A stretch of DNA of 61,406 nucleotides, counting the filler, from Pirum gemmata (Eukaryota), in NCBI GenBank assembly GCA_002812295.1. It is 12 parts of 12 records of this genome, joined end to end, with 100 filler letters (N's around TTAATTAATTAA, not from the genome) between each part and the next. Parts side by side here need not be neighbours in the genome. Positions count along the whole stretch, not along the records: positions 1 to 4,860 come from PDIN01000832.1; positions 4,961 to 9,806 come from PDIN01000833.1; positions 9,907 to 14,729 come from PDIN01000834.1; 9 more parts are not named here. One strand, 5' to 3'. Each line of letters starts with the position of its first letter. Position 1 is the first letter of the stretch. Positions 1 to 12,633 of the stretch are shown piece after piece. A program made the translations under genes and the position numbers. The notes beneath the pieces are model-generated. The model searched no databases. It saw nothing but the letters and a program-made list of their open reading frames with translations, and was not told the origin of the DNA.

Positions 1-913
1 TTATTATTATTATTATTATTATTGCTCCATTCAACCTAAGCGCAATATTCTAGTTGCAATTTTTACCGAAAATTCTCAATTAAAATTCCGTAAAGTTGGT
101 ATTATTTGCAGGTAAAATTCAAGCCTTAAGTAAAAGCTTGTAGCGGTGTCTTTTAAGTCTACTGGGGCATATAAACTACTATACTATCAGTGCCTTCCTA
201 TTAACTGGTGGTCTGGAGTCAATGGCACCCTATGTTTTGGTTCGAATCAAAAATCTAAATATTAGTCTAGAAAATTCTTCATTCCTGTTTGATTTTAGTT
301 TTACTTGGAAATTTGTAGCTAAATCGAGTTTGATACATATTAATTAAATCGGAGGTCTGTGTAAGAAACTGGGGTAATTTGTAGGTGTTCTTTTGATATG
401 TGTGTATTTATAGCAGGAATTAATTATGTGAGCAGCGGTTTTGAATACCCCACCCGCCCTTTCCCCAATTGTATTCACCAACAAAGTCAATATACATTCC
501 CATTGCACACACACAGACACACACACACAATATATATGTATTCCTGAATTTAAGTATAGTATCATCAAAGTCAAAATACCAGCTTTGGTGGAATGGTGTT
601 ATAAAACATAAATATGATGTTATAAACCGTGTTTTAAATGAAATAAAAGCCAGCTACAATACAATAATCACTACCTATTTCGTTTTATTTTATTTTATTT
701 TCTATAGTTTAAACATTTATTTATAATATATGCATGCCTATATAGAATACTATGTACAAGGGCACGTATACTTTAAAGATATTTTTGGTTTTCGCGTAAC
801 TTTTGGATAAAGAAAATCGATAAATGCAAGTTAATCGGGGTCAATTTTTTTTGTATGATAAAAAAAAAAAAAAAAAAAAAAAAAAAAGAAATAAAATGGG
901 GGTAAATTTTTTT

Positions 914-951
<38 letters not shown>

Positions 952-1841
952 AGAAAGTCACCCTACATAAAGATTAGAAGCTCATCTACAGAGGCTAGCT
1001 TTGTTATTGGATTTTCTTCATAGAAATCATTGTTGAACATTCTAAAAGGATTTATATTTTGTGAATATTTTATGAAGTATTTTCCCTAAAAAAAAAAAGT
1101 TACTTTACTTCTAATTATAACAATATTTTATTTTTCCAGGAATTTTTTTAGTGGTTCAATGAGATTTCTTTTCATTTTCGAACATAAATCAACATAAATG
1201 ATACGTCATCATCAAAAAATACACCCGTCTATCAGAGTCTACATATAATGTGGATGATTTGACCAATAAAAATTAATAATTTGGACGTGATTTTTTTCTG
1301 ACAGGGACACCTAATTTCTACAAATTCGAGCTTTTGCAATTTCATTTTGTTTAAATCAATAAAAGTCTTTGTTAAAACACTTAATTTTATTTCATATATT
1401 TAATTAGCTCAACAAGACCTTTTTATAGATATCAGGAACACTATATTGTACGAGGCAGCACAAAGTTTTATAATAGACTGAAAATTTTCAAATCCTCCAG
1501 GGTGACTTTCTAATAACGGCCTGGCCTTATTAATTAATACAAATGAAAAAAAAACTTTCAAACTAGACTTTCAAATATACAACTATTTCTCAAACTTCAA
1601 CTGCAAAAAGCTCAAAAAATGAAACTTTCGGGGAAGCCTAACAACCATATGTTATCTGCCACTTTACATGGTAAGTATTAAATAGATTTTTAAAGAAATT
1701 AACAAAAATCATTTGTAAGTTGTTTCTCTGTATTTCGACTTTCTGAATCGTATTCTAAATCAATATTTTTGAAATCACCAATCACCTGTAAATTTTTCGG
1801 TTTTCAATAGAACGAGTCAAACGCAAGCAACTATATGTTAT

Positions 1842-2534
1842 CTACAACTTTATATGGTAAGTATTAAGTAGATCTTTAAAATTAATGTAAATCATATTGA
1901 GCTGTTTCTCTATGTTTTGACCTTCTGAAACGTATTCTAAATCAATATTTTTGAAATCACGAATCAAACCACCTTTAAATCTTTTGTTTTTCCAATCCAA
2001 AAAATGCCCTTGGATTTTTTGAAAATCAGCTGTAAGAATTTCACAAGTTTGCATATCTTGTTCTATTTTTATTTTCTCTTCGTGTTTCTTATTTTTCTTC
2101 AACGCCTTTTTCAATTTATCACATAATTTTGTACGGAAAACTTGATCTCCAATTTGAAGACTCGCACGGTTATAAATACTTTGTAAATCTGATAGTAATT
2201 TCTCTACTCCATCATAATAGCTACACACTCGATCAAAATTTTCCTTCATTTGATCGATCAAATTATTTCCATTTTCTTGTTGATGTGGGGTTAAATATCG
2301 AGGTGAGATAAAATCACCTAAAGAAAAAGAGCATAAGAAATCTTCGGTATTATAAAGTTCCGTTTTTATTTTGCTTTCCATAAACAGGATGCCCTCCTTG
2401 ACGCGGTCGCTACGAAGTAAAATTTCGCTAATACTTTTCAGTAATTCTTCTGCATTCGCTTTTCGCTCCATAGAAACGTAGTGCTGAGAGAGAAGATAAA
2501 CTTCTTGGAATTCCTTTGCCTCGCTATTTAACAT
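1842..2534 (-). CDS. Hypothetical helical, Lys/Glu-rich protein (230 aa); may have an upstream exon
   Basis: Uninterrupted 230-codon ORF of normal complexity in AT-rich DNA. The frame stays open 11 codons upstream to a TTTTCAG acceptor-like site near 2570. No family recognised. Confidence 0.55.
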   Translation of the reverse strand: MLNSEAKEFQEVYLLSQHYVSMERKANAEELLKSISEILLRSDRVKEGILFMESKIKTELYNTEDFLCSFSLGDFISPRYLTPHQQENGNNLIDQMKENFDRVCSYYDGVEKLLSDLQSIYNRASLQIGDQVFRTKLCDKLKKALKKNKKHEEKIKIEQDMQTCEILTADFQKIQGHFLDWKNKRFKGGLIRDFKNIDLEYVSEGQNIEKQLNMIYINFKDLLNTYHIKL

Positions 2535-2806
2535 TTGTACTAAGGTTCGCTCTGACCTAGTTTTATACCCTGAAAATAATTAATTTTTATCCTATTATTA
2601 TTATCATTATTATTATTTACGTATGTAAATCGACGTTGGTAAGCCTTTAAGAAGTCAGACAATTCTTTATTTCTTGAAACTTATATCATGACAAAAATGT
2701 TCTTTTCAAAACATTCTTGGTTTAGATTTATGGGCATTATTACATAATATCATATGTAATAAAATAAATATGTAACACTAATAAATGATAAAGAATGAAG
2801 ATCAAC

Positions 2807-2838
<32 letters not shown>

Positions 2839-2993
2839 TCAATAAAATAAAAATAAATAAAAATTATAATAAAAACTCAATAAAGTAATACCATTGCTAT
2901 TCTTACTCATAACATAAACCAAAATAAAAAAAATGGGAACCGTTAACATAAAAACAAAAAAAAATGAATGGAAAATTATTATTCTAATTTTAG

Positions 2994-4749
2994 GAATAAA
3001 AGTGGTTAGAATATTCTTTGTTGGCACAGATGAACAGGAGATTGTTCCAAACTGTGGGGGTAAATTGTACGGAGCACCGGAATATGAACCGGATACGATT
3101 GGGGTTTACAATGGCAAAATTATCGAAAGAGTAAGCATTTATCATTTAATCAATCAATATATATATATATGGTAGTGAAAATAGATTTAGACTGATATTT
3201 GGGTATATTATGGACCGAAAGACCCAAATCTGGTTCCAGATATATAAAAGTTATACAAATATATTATATATATGATGTGTGTGTTTGTGTGTTTGTGTGT
3301 TTTAATTTTTTGTTATTTTTTTAATTAAAAGGTTTTGAAACTGATGAACTTAATATATACGAAGTATCCAAAATTGAAATTAACACTGTCATTGCACGAT
3401 CGATATTCCTTAGGTATTCTAATACAAATCAATTTAAAATATAATACAATTTTTATTATTATTTTTTTGTTTACAAATAAAATAATGAAAATAATAATAA
3501 TAAAAAGAAAAGAAAAGAAAAAAACATTTGCTATTACTAGAAAAGGATTATTATACAAATAATAATAATAATAATAAATAATTTTTCGTTGTTTCCCCTC
3601 ATTTTTTCTTTCTTTCTTTCTTTCTTTCTTTTCTTTTTATTTTTTATTTTTCGTTTATCAGGTTGTATTCGTTCAGATGCTTATCAAAAATATTACAACT
3701 TTCCTAAAACACCACCTGGCCAACAATGTAGTAAAAGTAAAAGTAATGTTCAAGAATTTTACAACAATTCTACTGCTATTGGGTTTTTTAAAAAAAGATT
3801 AGATGCTATTCTCACAAATATGACAAAGAATGTGATTGTCTATGGTAATACGAGTAATCGGTAATATATATAATTATATATAATAATATATTCAAGTTAA
3901 TTCTAAATTTATGTGTTATTGCTAATTGGTTATTTTATATTTATTTTAAAAAATAAAATAAAATAAAATAAAATCAATTATTAACTAAACATCTAAACAT
4001 CATCGCTTTTTTAAAATTGCAAAATTAATACAGAAAGCTTTTTCAAGCAACAGTTTTTTCAGTAGAAGCTGAAAATGAACCCATGTTTATGGACCAAAGT
4101 GAAACTGATATTACCAATAAACCAATAATGAAAAACTGGGCTTGCACGGTTTCGAGCAAAATAAGACAAAAATTAAATGTAAGTGTTTATATAGATATAT
4201 TACGGTGTGTTTTTTGATTTTTTCCTAGTTTGAGGTTATTTTCCTTTTTATGATTTTTTTCTTTTTGTTTTTGCTATTATTCTTGTTTATAATTACCAAT
4301 TAAACTTTGTTAAAAATCATTTATAATATTTAAAAATCTGAACCTCGGGTAGTATTAATACTCATTTTATATATACTGTTATAATTATGTTGTTTTTATT
4401 TTATCATTTTTATTTAATTTTATTTACTTTACGGGGAATGGGTGTTTTTGTTTTTTAAAACCTCTAAACCTAACCCTTTTTTTAAAAACAACAGGATAAT
4501 AACTTGCCAAACATTTTGATTACTAATGGTGGTGGAAGTGGAGGCTACAACACCATTGATGCTTTATGCCCGGATATAGATGTCCTTGCTTTACATATTT
4601 ATAATATTTGGGACTCGCAATATGATTATTATCGTTGTAGAATGATATTATTGCAACTGGCAGCCACGAAATATGGAAAGAAATATATTATTCAAGAATT
4701 CGGATTTGAACTTAGCAAAGAGGCTCCACAGCCACCATATAAAACAAAA
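2994..4749 (+). CDS. Glycoside hydrolase family 5 (clan GH-A), partial, 5 exons
   Basis: Exons 2994-3130, 3332-3413, 3662-3860, 4034-4178 and 4495-4749 join in phase via GT-AG introns. Motifs: KVVRIF, LHDRYSLGC, EAENEP (acid/base), ALHIY, IIQEFG (nucleophile). The 5' exon was not found and the 3' end is cut by a linker. Confidence 0.8.
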
Positions 4750-4860
4750 GTAATCAAATGTACCCTTTTTCTTTCGTATATATTAGTAATTAATCCCAAC
4801 TCTGATTCCAACCTTAACCTTAACCTTACCCCAACCCCAACCCTAACCCTAACCCTAACC

Positions 4861-4960
4861 NNNNNNNNNNNNNNNNNNNNNNNNNNNNNNNNNNNNNNNN
4901 NNNNTTAATTAATTAANNNNNNNNNNNNNNNNNNNNNNNNNNNNNNNNNNNNNNNNNNNN
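4861..4960. other. Artificial contig linker N44-TTAATTAATTAA-N44. Also at 9807-9906, 14730-14829, 19688-19787, 24673-24772, 31567-31666, 36520-36619, 41474-41573, 46467-46566, 51453-51552, 56431-56530
   Basis: Eleven identical 100-nt spacers whose core has stop codons in all six frames; the flanking pieces are of nearly uniform length. Confidence 0.98.
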
Positions 4961-5161
4961 ATAGTGTTTTATATAAATAATTATTATAATAATTATATGA
5001 TTTATATCCAGCTGATTATGAAAAATACCAAGATAAAAAATTTTCATCTTCTGGCTAGACAACTCTAGACAGAGCCTACTCAGCTGGGCTACTGTCTACT
5101 ACTAGACTACCTAGCTAGTCGATTTTTTTGATTTTTCTTTCCTGTCCTAAAAATTTTATTA

Positions 5162-5360
5162 ATCATAGTAGACCCTCTTCTAGCTAGCCCCAAACCCTAC
5201 TAACTAAGGTTCCTAACCCTAAGTGCTAAGTAGAATCTATGAGACTATGACATCATTTTAAAATATCATAGTAGACCCTAGCTCTAGCTAGCCCCAAACC
5301 CTAACTAAGGTTCCTAACCCTAAGTGCTAAGTAGAATCTATGAGACTATGACATCATTTT
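5162..5360 (+). repeat. Tandem direct duplication, about 100 bp x2
   Basis: ATCATAGTAGACCCT...TAAGTGCTAAGTAGAATCTATGAGACTATGACATCATTTT at 5162-5259 and 5265-5360. Confidence 0.9.
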
Positions 5361-6574
5361 TACTATCCGAAGCGATCCGGAGACTTTTTCGGATCCGTCC
5401 GATTCGCTCCGAAGCGTCCGAAAGGGGTTTCGGATCGATCCGGAAACTCCGGATCGGGACGGTCGTCCCGGAAATCTTCGGGACTCACAACTCTGGATAC
5501 ATAGACTACTACGTATCAGATAGTCCAGGACCCAGGTACGGTAGACCCTAGCTAGCTAGCTAGCTAGCTAGCTCGTAGACCAACTCGATTTAGAATGTTT
5601 TTACTGGTAGCTGGACAGTTTTTGGAATTCAGATATCTTAATTAGGAAGATTTGAATGGGTAGCTACCAGTAGCTACAGGTGTCTATGAGAAAAAAAACC
5701 CCCACACGTGTTTGTGAATCGTGATCATCTTCAGGTATCTCTACTAGCTAGCTAGCCCTTTAGGCTTTTTTAGCCCCGCCAGGTTATGATATGATACCGG
5801 TATCGATAGATAGACTAGTCTATCACTGTCTATGGTTGATAGACTAGCTAGCGCTAGCTAGAGCTAGCTCATCTGCTCAGGAGGGATTATGCATCATAAT
5901 TTTTTAAAAAAAATTTTAAATATTGTTTATAAACATTTGATAATTTCCCACCACTCCAGGCCGGGTCGACTAAAAAATTAATTATCTGGTATAATATATA
6001 TTTATGATATATATATTTTTTTAACTACCAAGAGTCTACCAAGCCGGATAAAAATGGCGACATCCGCCATCTCCTCTAGCTAGCTACTAGCTAGCTAGGC
6101 CCTGCTAGCTAGCTGTCTAGATCCGCCATATGATGCTCAAAAATCCAAAAAAAATCTCAAAATGAGCCAATTTTTTTTAAAAGTACTATCAAATTTTGAG
6201 AAATCTTCTAACTAAGAAAACTCTATTATGAACCAATAGCTAGTTTTTAAAAATAATTTGGCTAGTTAGTATTAAAGGTTTTTAGAAAAGAAATACAAAA
6301 AAAAAATTAAATAAGTTTTATCATAAATTCATAATCATTAGACTAATGTGTATAATACTGTATATATCATACAAGTTGGTATGATAATATTATAATATGA
6401 TATATGATACATAAAAAAAATTAGTATCATAATATCATAAAAAAAAAAAAATACTAAACGTAGTAAATTAAGTTTTTTTAAAAAAAAGGAAGAAAGGGCA
6501 AGGGTAAATCTCTTTATAATATCTCTTTATAATTATCTATATTGTTCAGTTATCACTAGTCCCCAGCTTTCATC

Positions 6575-7727
6575 ATGAGTTCACAGAGAGGCAATTGCAA
6601 GAAAACAGCACAAAAACACCAAAATACCCATTCTTTTTCTCATAATAGTAAAAGTAAAAAAAGTGAAAGAATCATGAATTTTCAGTCAGATGGTGTCTGT
6701 CATAAGTGCAAGGAAAATCTGGAATGGAGAAAAAAATACCGCAAATACAAACCTTTGACTGCCCCAAAAATTTGGTTGGTTTTATATGCATATTTACCAG
6801 TTATTATTATTTTTCATATGTATTTATTTAGACTTTTGATTCTATCATATTGTGTTTCGAATTTTCTTTTTAAATCTTTAGTATTTTCCTGTTACACTGT
6901 TACTTATTAACTTTTGTTGCTGCTACCCCATTGTTTACTGTTGTTACTGTTGTTGCTGTCATCGTTTATTTAGCTGTTGTGCTCTTTACACTTTATTACT
7001 ATTTGGCATGGATGTTTGTTTTTTTTGTTGCTGTTTGTTGTTTTATTGCTGTTTGTTGTTTTTGTTGCTGATTGTTGTTTTTGTTGCTGATTGTTGTTTT
7101 TGTTGCTGATTGTTGTTTTTGTTGCTGTTTATTGTTTTTGTTTGTTGTTTGTTGTTTGTTGTTTGCTGTTTTTGTTGCTGTTTGTTATTTTTTCTGTTTG
7201 TTGTTGTTGTTATATTTGCTGTTGCTGTTTTACTTGTTGATATCATTAGCAGTTTTTTTCATTTTTACTATATTTATTGTATGCAGCCTAACCTGTAAGA
7301 AACGAACAATAACGAAGGCTTACCGTACTCGATGCAACGATTGTGCCTTAAAGGAGAAAGTTTGTGCTAAATGTGGTGATCAAGAAATGTCAATACCAAT
7401 GTAAGCTTTTAAACCATTTAATAATTATTTTCTTTTAAGTATTTTGTTCAACTACACAATTTTTTTTTGTGAAACCCTTTATATGGTTTTTTTATTTGTA
7501 GTATTGTTGATAAGGAGTGTCGGTTGTTAGTATTACTACTGTTTCCTGTTGGTGGCGTTTTAAAAATTGTAGTGATGGTAGTGATGGTAGTGATTGTATT
7601 GTTTTTGGTGGTATTAAACGTATTACTAGGCTTGTATAAGTATTCAGATCATGTTTGTTATTGAAAAACAGAAATCAATATTAGTAAGTTGAGCTAAACT
7701 ATGTTTTCGACCAGACCATATACTTTC

Positions 7728-7762
<35 letters not shown>

Positions 7763-7940
7763 GTTGTTTTTGTTATTTTTGTTATTTATTGTTATTTGTT
7801 ATCTATGTATATCTATGTATTATCTATTTATTATTATCTATTATTATCTATTATTATTTATTATTATTTATTAATATTTATTATTATTTATTATTATTTA
7901 TTATTATGTAGTATTATGTATTATTATGTATTATTATGTA

Positions 7941-7973
<33 letters not shown>

Positions 7974-8441
7974 TATTATTATTTATTATTATTCATTATC
8001 ATTTATTTTTATTATTTATTATTATTTATTATTTATTACGTATGTTTAATTTTGTTTATACTTCTTCTCTCTTGTTTTTTAAATGAACAATTTAGTGCGT
8101 TAACAACTGAAGAGCAGAAAAAAGAGGAAGCTGAACTGGAGGCTAGAATCAAAGGTATGTCAGAAAGAGAAAGACGAACTTACTACAGAAAGTTAGATCG
8201 AGGAGATTTCGATGAAAAAGACAATGATATGAAAATAAAGAATGTAAATGAAAATCAAGAAAACGAAACGGAAGAAGAACAATGCGAGGAAACCTGTTCT
8301 TATCATGAACAAGAGATTGAAAATGAAAATAAAGAAGATAAAGAAGATAAAGAAAATGAAGTTGTTATTAATAAACTAGAAAGTGATGAACACGACAATT
8401 CTACTATCGACAAAGAGATGGGAAAACTCAGTGTATCTTGA
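6575..8441 (+). CDS. C9orf85: C9orf85/DUF2039 homolog (Cys-rich basic protein with acidic tail), 3 exons
   Basis: Exons 6575-6774, 7287-7400 and 8096-8441 join in phase. MSSQRGN..QKHQN..F, GVCHKCKENLEWRKKYRKYKPL, CxxC..CNDCALKEKVCAKC, MSERERRTYYR. Confidence 0.88.
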
Positions 8442-9381
8442 TAAAATGTTTTTGTTTTTTGATTATGTCCTATGCAAAAAAGAAACAAAAAAAGAAAGAA
8501 AAGCCACTATTTTTGAATAGGGAAATTTTCACTTCTTTCTAAAAATTGTATCAAAGTTCAGATACAATTATATTTAAGAGATACAAAAATATTGTATGGT
8601 AATACTTTTTTTCAAATTGTAAAATCGAACGGACAATTTTGTTGGGGATTTTTATGTAATCTTTCTTGTTTCTTCCACATATGGCCCATAGACCCTAATC
8701 TTTGTCTTGATAAATGAACGTTGGTATTTTACTACAGTTTCTCTTGTTTTATCTTCGACCTGTTTCGAGTGTTTGATTTGCGAGCTCTCTACACAAAAAG
8801 TTAAAACAAAACTTTTCAATATTTCCCTCAATCACTCTATGGCTTATAATACTCAGAATACTATTTATTAAATAATGTTCCCGAAGTAAATCTCCTGATT
8901 TTAGCAGAAAATAAGTTGTATTGTATTGTACAAACAACAAATTTTGGATAAATTGTAATATGTATAAGAGAAAAAGAAGAAAAAAAATTATTATTATTAG
9001 ACTACGTTGAGTTCTATTTTTATTACACGTGGTTTTTTAAATTCATATTACCCTGTTTATCAACTTATTTGTTCCAAGTAATAAACATAAAGCACAATAC
9101 CTACTAACCGAATTTGATAATATATATACTATAACGTTAACCGGCCACATAAAATGAAAAGGCCTCTAGCTAGTCTAGTATGAGTGTTAAGAAATATTTA
9201 TATGGAAATAATAGTGCTAGCTTTGAATAATACAATAATATAAATTTGATGATAATTTACACACGCTGACACCAACAACATCCGATGATCCCAACTTTAG
9301 ATAAGCGAAACAAATAAAAATATTATAACACATGGTCTGTCAAATTTTGGTCTTGTTTATTTTTTTTAAACTTTTTTTATA

Positions 9382-9568
9382 TCGTGCTTTTCAGTTGTTT
9401 TGTCATTCATAAAATATACAAAAAAGAGTACCAAATTAATACAATATAAATCCATTTCATTTAACTTGGTATATTTTATTATCTATTTATTCATTTAAAA
9501 AAAGTCAATTCAAATACCATAACCAACCAAATAAATATTTGGAATGACAAAATAAATGAAAAGCACAA
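9382..9568 (-). mobile_element. MITE family 1, full copy (TIR TCGTGCTTTTCA.., TA flanks)
   Basis: TA|TCGTGCTTTTCAGTTGTTTTGTCA...TGACAAAATAAATGAAAAGCACAA|TA; reverse complement of the copy at 16337. Confidence 0.88.
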
Positions 9569-10011
9569 TATTTAACAATGAGTAAACGAAGTAATCGAGA
9601 ATAAAAAATAAAACCACATTCCCAATATTATAATAGACCGATTTGTAGTATTTCAATGAACAAATCAAATGTAATTCGATCACACCCCCACAACACAAAG
9701 TAATCGAAATGTTCCCCAGACCAAACACACGAATTATAAACCTACTCATGATCAATAAATACACTACCGAAATTTCTTTTAAAAAACTTACTCCTTGAGC
9801 ACGCACNNNNNNNNNNNNNNNNNNNNNNNNNNNNNNNNNNNNNNNNNNNNTTAATTAATTAANNNNNNNNNNNNNNNNNNNNNNNNNNNNNNNNNNNNNN
9901 NNNNNNACCCTAGCCCTAACCAACCCTAGCCCTAACCAACCCTAGCCCTAATCAACCCTAGCCCTAACCAACCCTAATCCTAACCCTAACCAACCCTATT
10001 GATATCTGACA

Positions 10012-10625
10012 TCGTGCTTTTCATCGAGTGCTTTTCATTTATTTTGTCACTATAAATATTTATTTGGAGGGTAATAATCTTTAAATTGACATTTTTAAAT
10101 CAATACATAGATAATAAAATATACCAAAATATATCAAATGGATTTATATTGTATTTATTTGGTACTATTTATTGTATATTTCATGATGACAAAACAACTA
10201 TATTATGTCATATTATTATGCATAATATCAGAGCTGAGAGCTCAATTAATTAAAAACTTGTAAAGTGGAACAGACTCGACTCGAACTTCTTTGTATTATT
10301 CGTTTTTTATCATGATAACAATTATGGTATGCAATGACAGTTCTGCAATGACATACTAATGCATAGATTGAAGTATGATATGATACTATTGAAGTTCTAT
10401 GATAGCCACTACTAGCTCTAGCTATCGTGCTTTTCAATAGCTATGATAGCTAGCTAGGGCTAGCTAGGTTACTACTAGCCATCGTGTTTTTCATTTATTG
10501 TCACTCTGAATATTTATTTGGAGAGTTATAATCTTTAAATTGACATTTTGAATCAATAGTTAGATTATAAAATATACCAAATTAAATTAAATAGATTTAT
10601 ATTATGAAAAGCACTGAAAAGCATT
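10012..10625 (+). mobile_element. MITE family 1: two damaged copies (10012-10200, 10482-10625) and a lone TIR stub near 10425
   Basis: Same internal sequence as the full copies, with truncated or deleted right ends. Confidence 0.8.
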
Positions 10626-11146
10626 AAATTTTAGTATCACTGATACTAGCTACTGTTGTCTACTCCTACAGCTCCTACAGACTCCTACAGAGTCCTACTC
10701 AACTAGCTAGCTAGCTAGCTAGAGCTAGTTGTCTACTCTACTATCATAGTCGAAGTTGTATCTCATAAATTTATTTATTATCAATAAATAAAATATAAAT
10801 ATAATCAAGGACTTCAAAAAAAGAAACTTGAAGTCCTTGATATAATTTATATGATATATTTTAAATATTTTTTTTAAAATTTAATAATAAAAAAATCAAG
10901 GAGTCCAAAAAAAAAAAAAAACTTCAATTTTATAATCAATAAATTCTATTTTTAGAGTATGGTGCATAGTAGGCTGTAGGCAGTGTAGGCAGTAGTAGAC
11001 ACTAGTCTAGCAGCTACTAGCTAGACTTAGTTTCTATCATAGTAGAGCGATGATAGCTATCATACTATGCATACTAGCTACTAGCTATCATAATTATCAT
11101 AGACTACTAGCCTAGCTAGCTAGTAGTGGCTATGATCGAGTTAGTA

Positions 11147-11329
11147 TTGTGCTTTTCATTTATTTTGTCACTCTGAATATTTATTTTGTTGGTTATAATA
11201 TTTAAATTGATTTTTAAATAAATAATTAGATTATAAAATATACCAAATTAAATAAAATGGATTTATATTGTATTAGTTTGGTACTCTTTATTGTATACTT
11301 TATGATATTAAAACAATTGAAAAGCACGA
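11147..11329 (+). mobile_element. MITE family 1, full copy
   Basis: TA|TTGTGCTTTTCATTTATTTTGTCA...TGAAAAGCACGA. Confidence 0.88.
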
Positions 11330-11729
11330 TGCACTATGATCACTAGAGAGCTTAGAAGTGTACTCGGTGTGGAAATGATTGCTTGTGAAGTCTTTTGGAA
11401 AGCATATGAGAAATGATAACAATATGAAAACTACTAAATACTGTAAATACACAAACTCGTTAATTAATATTAGAAAATAGACTTTATTACTTCAATATAT
11501 TAGTATATATTGTCAATAACAATCATAACGAATATACATATATATGTAATAGAGTATATATATGATATACTATAATATGATATACTGTTTAATTTCATAT
11601 ACACACATACATGTATACATCATATATCGACTATGTATCGACAAGTTAAATATGTAATATCTGGTCTAGAATATCTGGTATACATCTATTTTTTTTTTTC
11701 CAGTTTTTTTCTCCAGTTTTTTTCTCAGC

Positions 11730-11792
<63 letters not shown>

Positions 11793-11956
11793 CATGTTTT
11801 TTGCCTGACATTCCAGGCAGACTATTATTAATTTATTATAAAATATCATAACAGTATTATAACACTATTATAACACTATTATAACTATTATTATCATGTT
11901 ATTATTATATTGGGTGATTATATTTAATATATTATCTAAAAAATTTTCAAGTTTTA

Positions 11957-12115
11957 GGAGCGTTCAAAATTCAAATACTACGTAACGCCAATTTCCAGTC
12001 AAATACAGCTTCAAATACCCTACCTACAGTTCTACCTACCTACTCCTCGACGTTAATTTCCGGTCAAATACCTGCCTACCTAACCCTTGACATGACGTAT
12101 TATTTAAACGCTCCC
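11957..12115. mobile_element. PIF/Harbinger-like MITE, family B
   Basis: TTA|GGAGCGTTCAAA...TACTACGT ... ACGTATTATTTAAACGCTCCC|TTA: terminal inverted repeats with a 3-bp TTA duplication. Confidence 0.75.
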
Positions 12116-12475
12116 TTACCAAGGAGTTCAGTTTTTTTTCTTGAACTCCTGGGGCGGGTCCTCACTCCTCAGTGACTCCCCACTTTTCCTAACGCTTTAG
12201 GTTCTATGATCCATGAGATTAGAGCTCCTTATACGCTCGACTGTTGAGCATGTTTTTCTATTATCTGTCTATTATTTATTTATGTCTTAGGAAGTTGAAG
12301 TTCACCCATTTTTGCTAATCTCCCTGACGGTCACCCATGAGACTCAAACCGCGACATTCAAGTTGGTTAATCGGTGTGTTATTATAAATTACCACGGGGC
12401 CATTATTACCATTTTATTTATTTATCGTTGATATCATAATATAATATAATATATAGACTGATGGTTAATCGGTGT

Positions 12476-12633
12476 GTTCAAATCAAATACTACGTAACAA
12501 TACGTAACTCAATTTCCGGTCAAATACAGCTTCAAATACCCCTCCCCTATCTACCTACCCCTCGATGATAATTTCCGGTCAAATACCACCTACCTACCTA
12601 CCCCTTGACGTAACGTATTATTTGAATGCTTCC
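12476..12633. mobile_element. PIF/Harbinger-like MITE, family B, second copy with clipped left end
   Basis: Aligns by eye to 11957-12115 throughout; ends TATTTGAATGCTTCC|TAA. Confidence 0.75.

Noticed and set aside
20..510. Possible decayed gene at the window start
   Set aside because: Only short, stop-riddled frames; similarity to any family is not convincing.
4905..4916. Regularly spaced TTAATTAATTAA motif about every 5 kb
   Set aside because: Six-frame-stop spacer inside N runs; an assembly or concatenation artefact.
5324..5551. 75-aa ORF across the GC-rich palindrome island
   Set aside because: Open only because of local GC richness; no protein features.
12320..12375. tRNA-like B-box (GGTTTGAGTC on minus strand)
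   Set aside because: No cloverleaf or A-box could be built; no tRNA or rRNA is supportable in this window.
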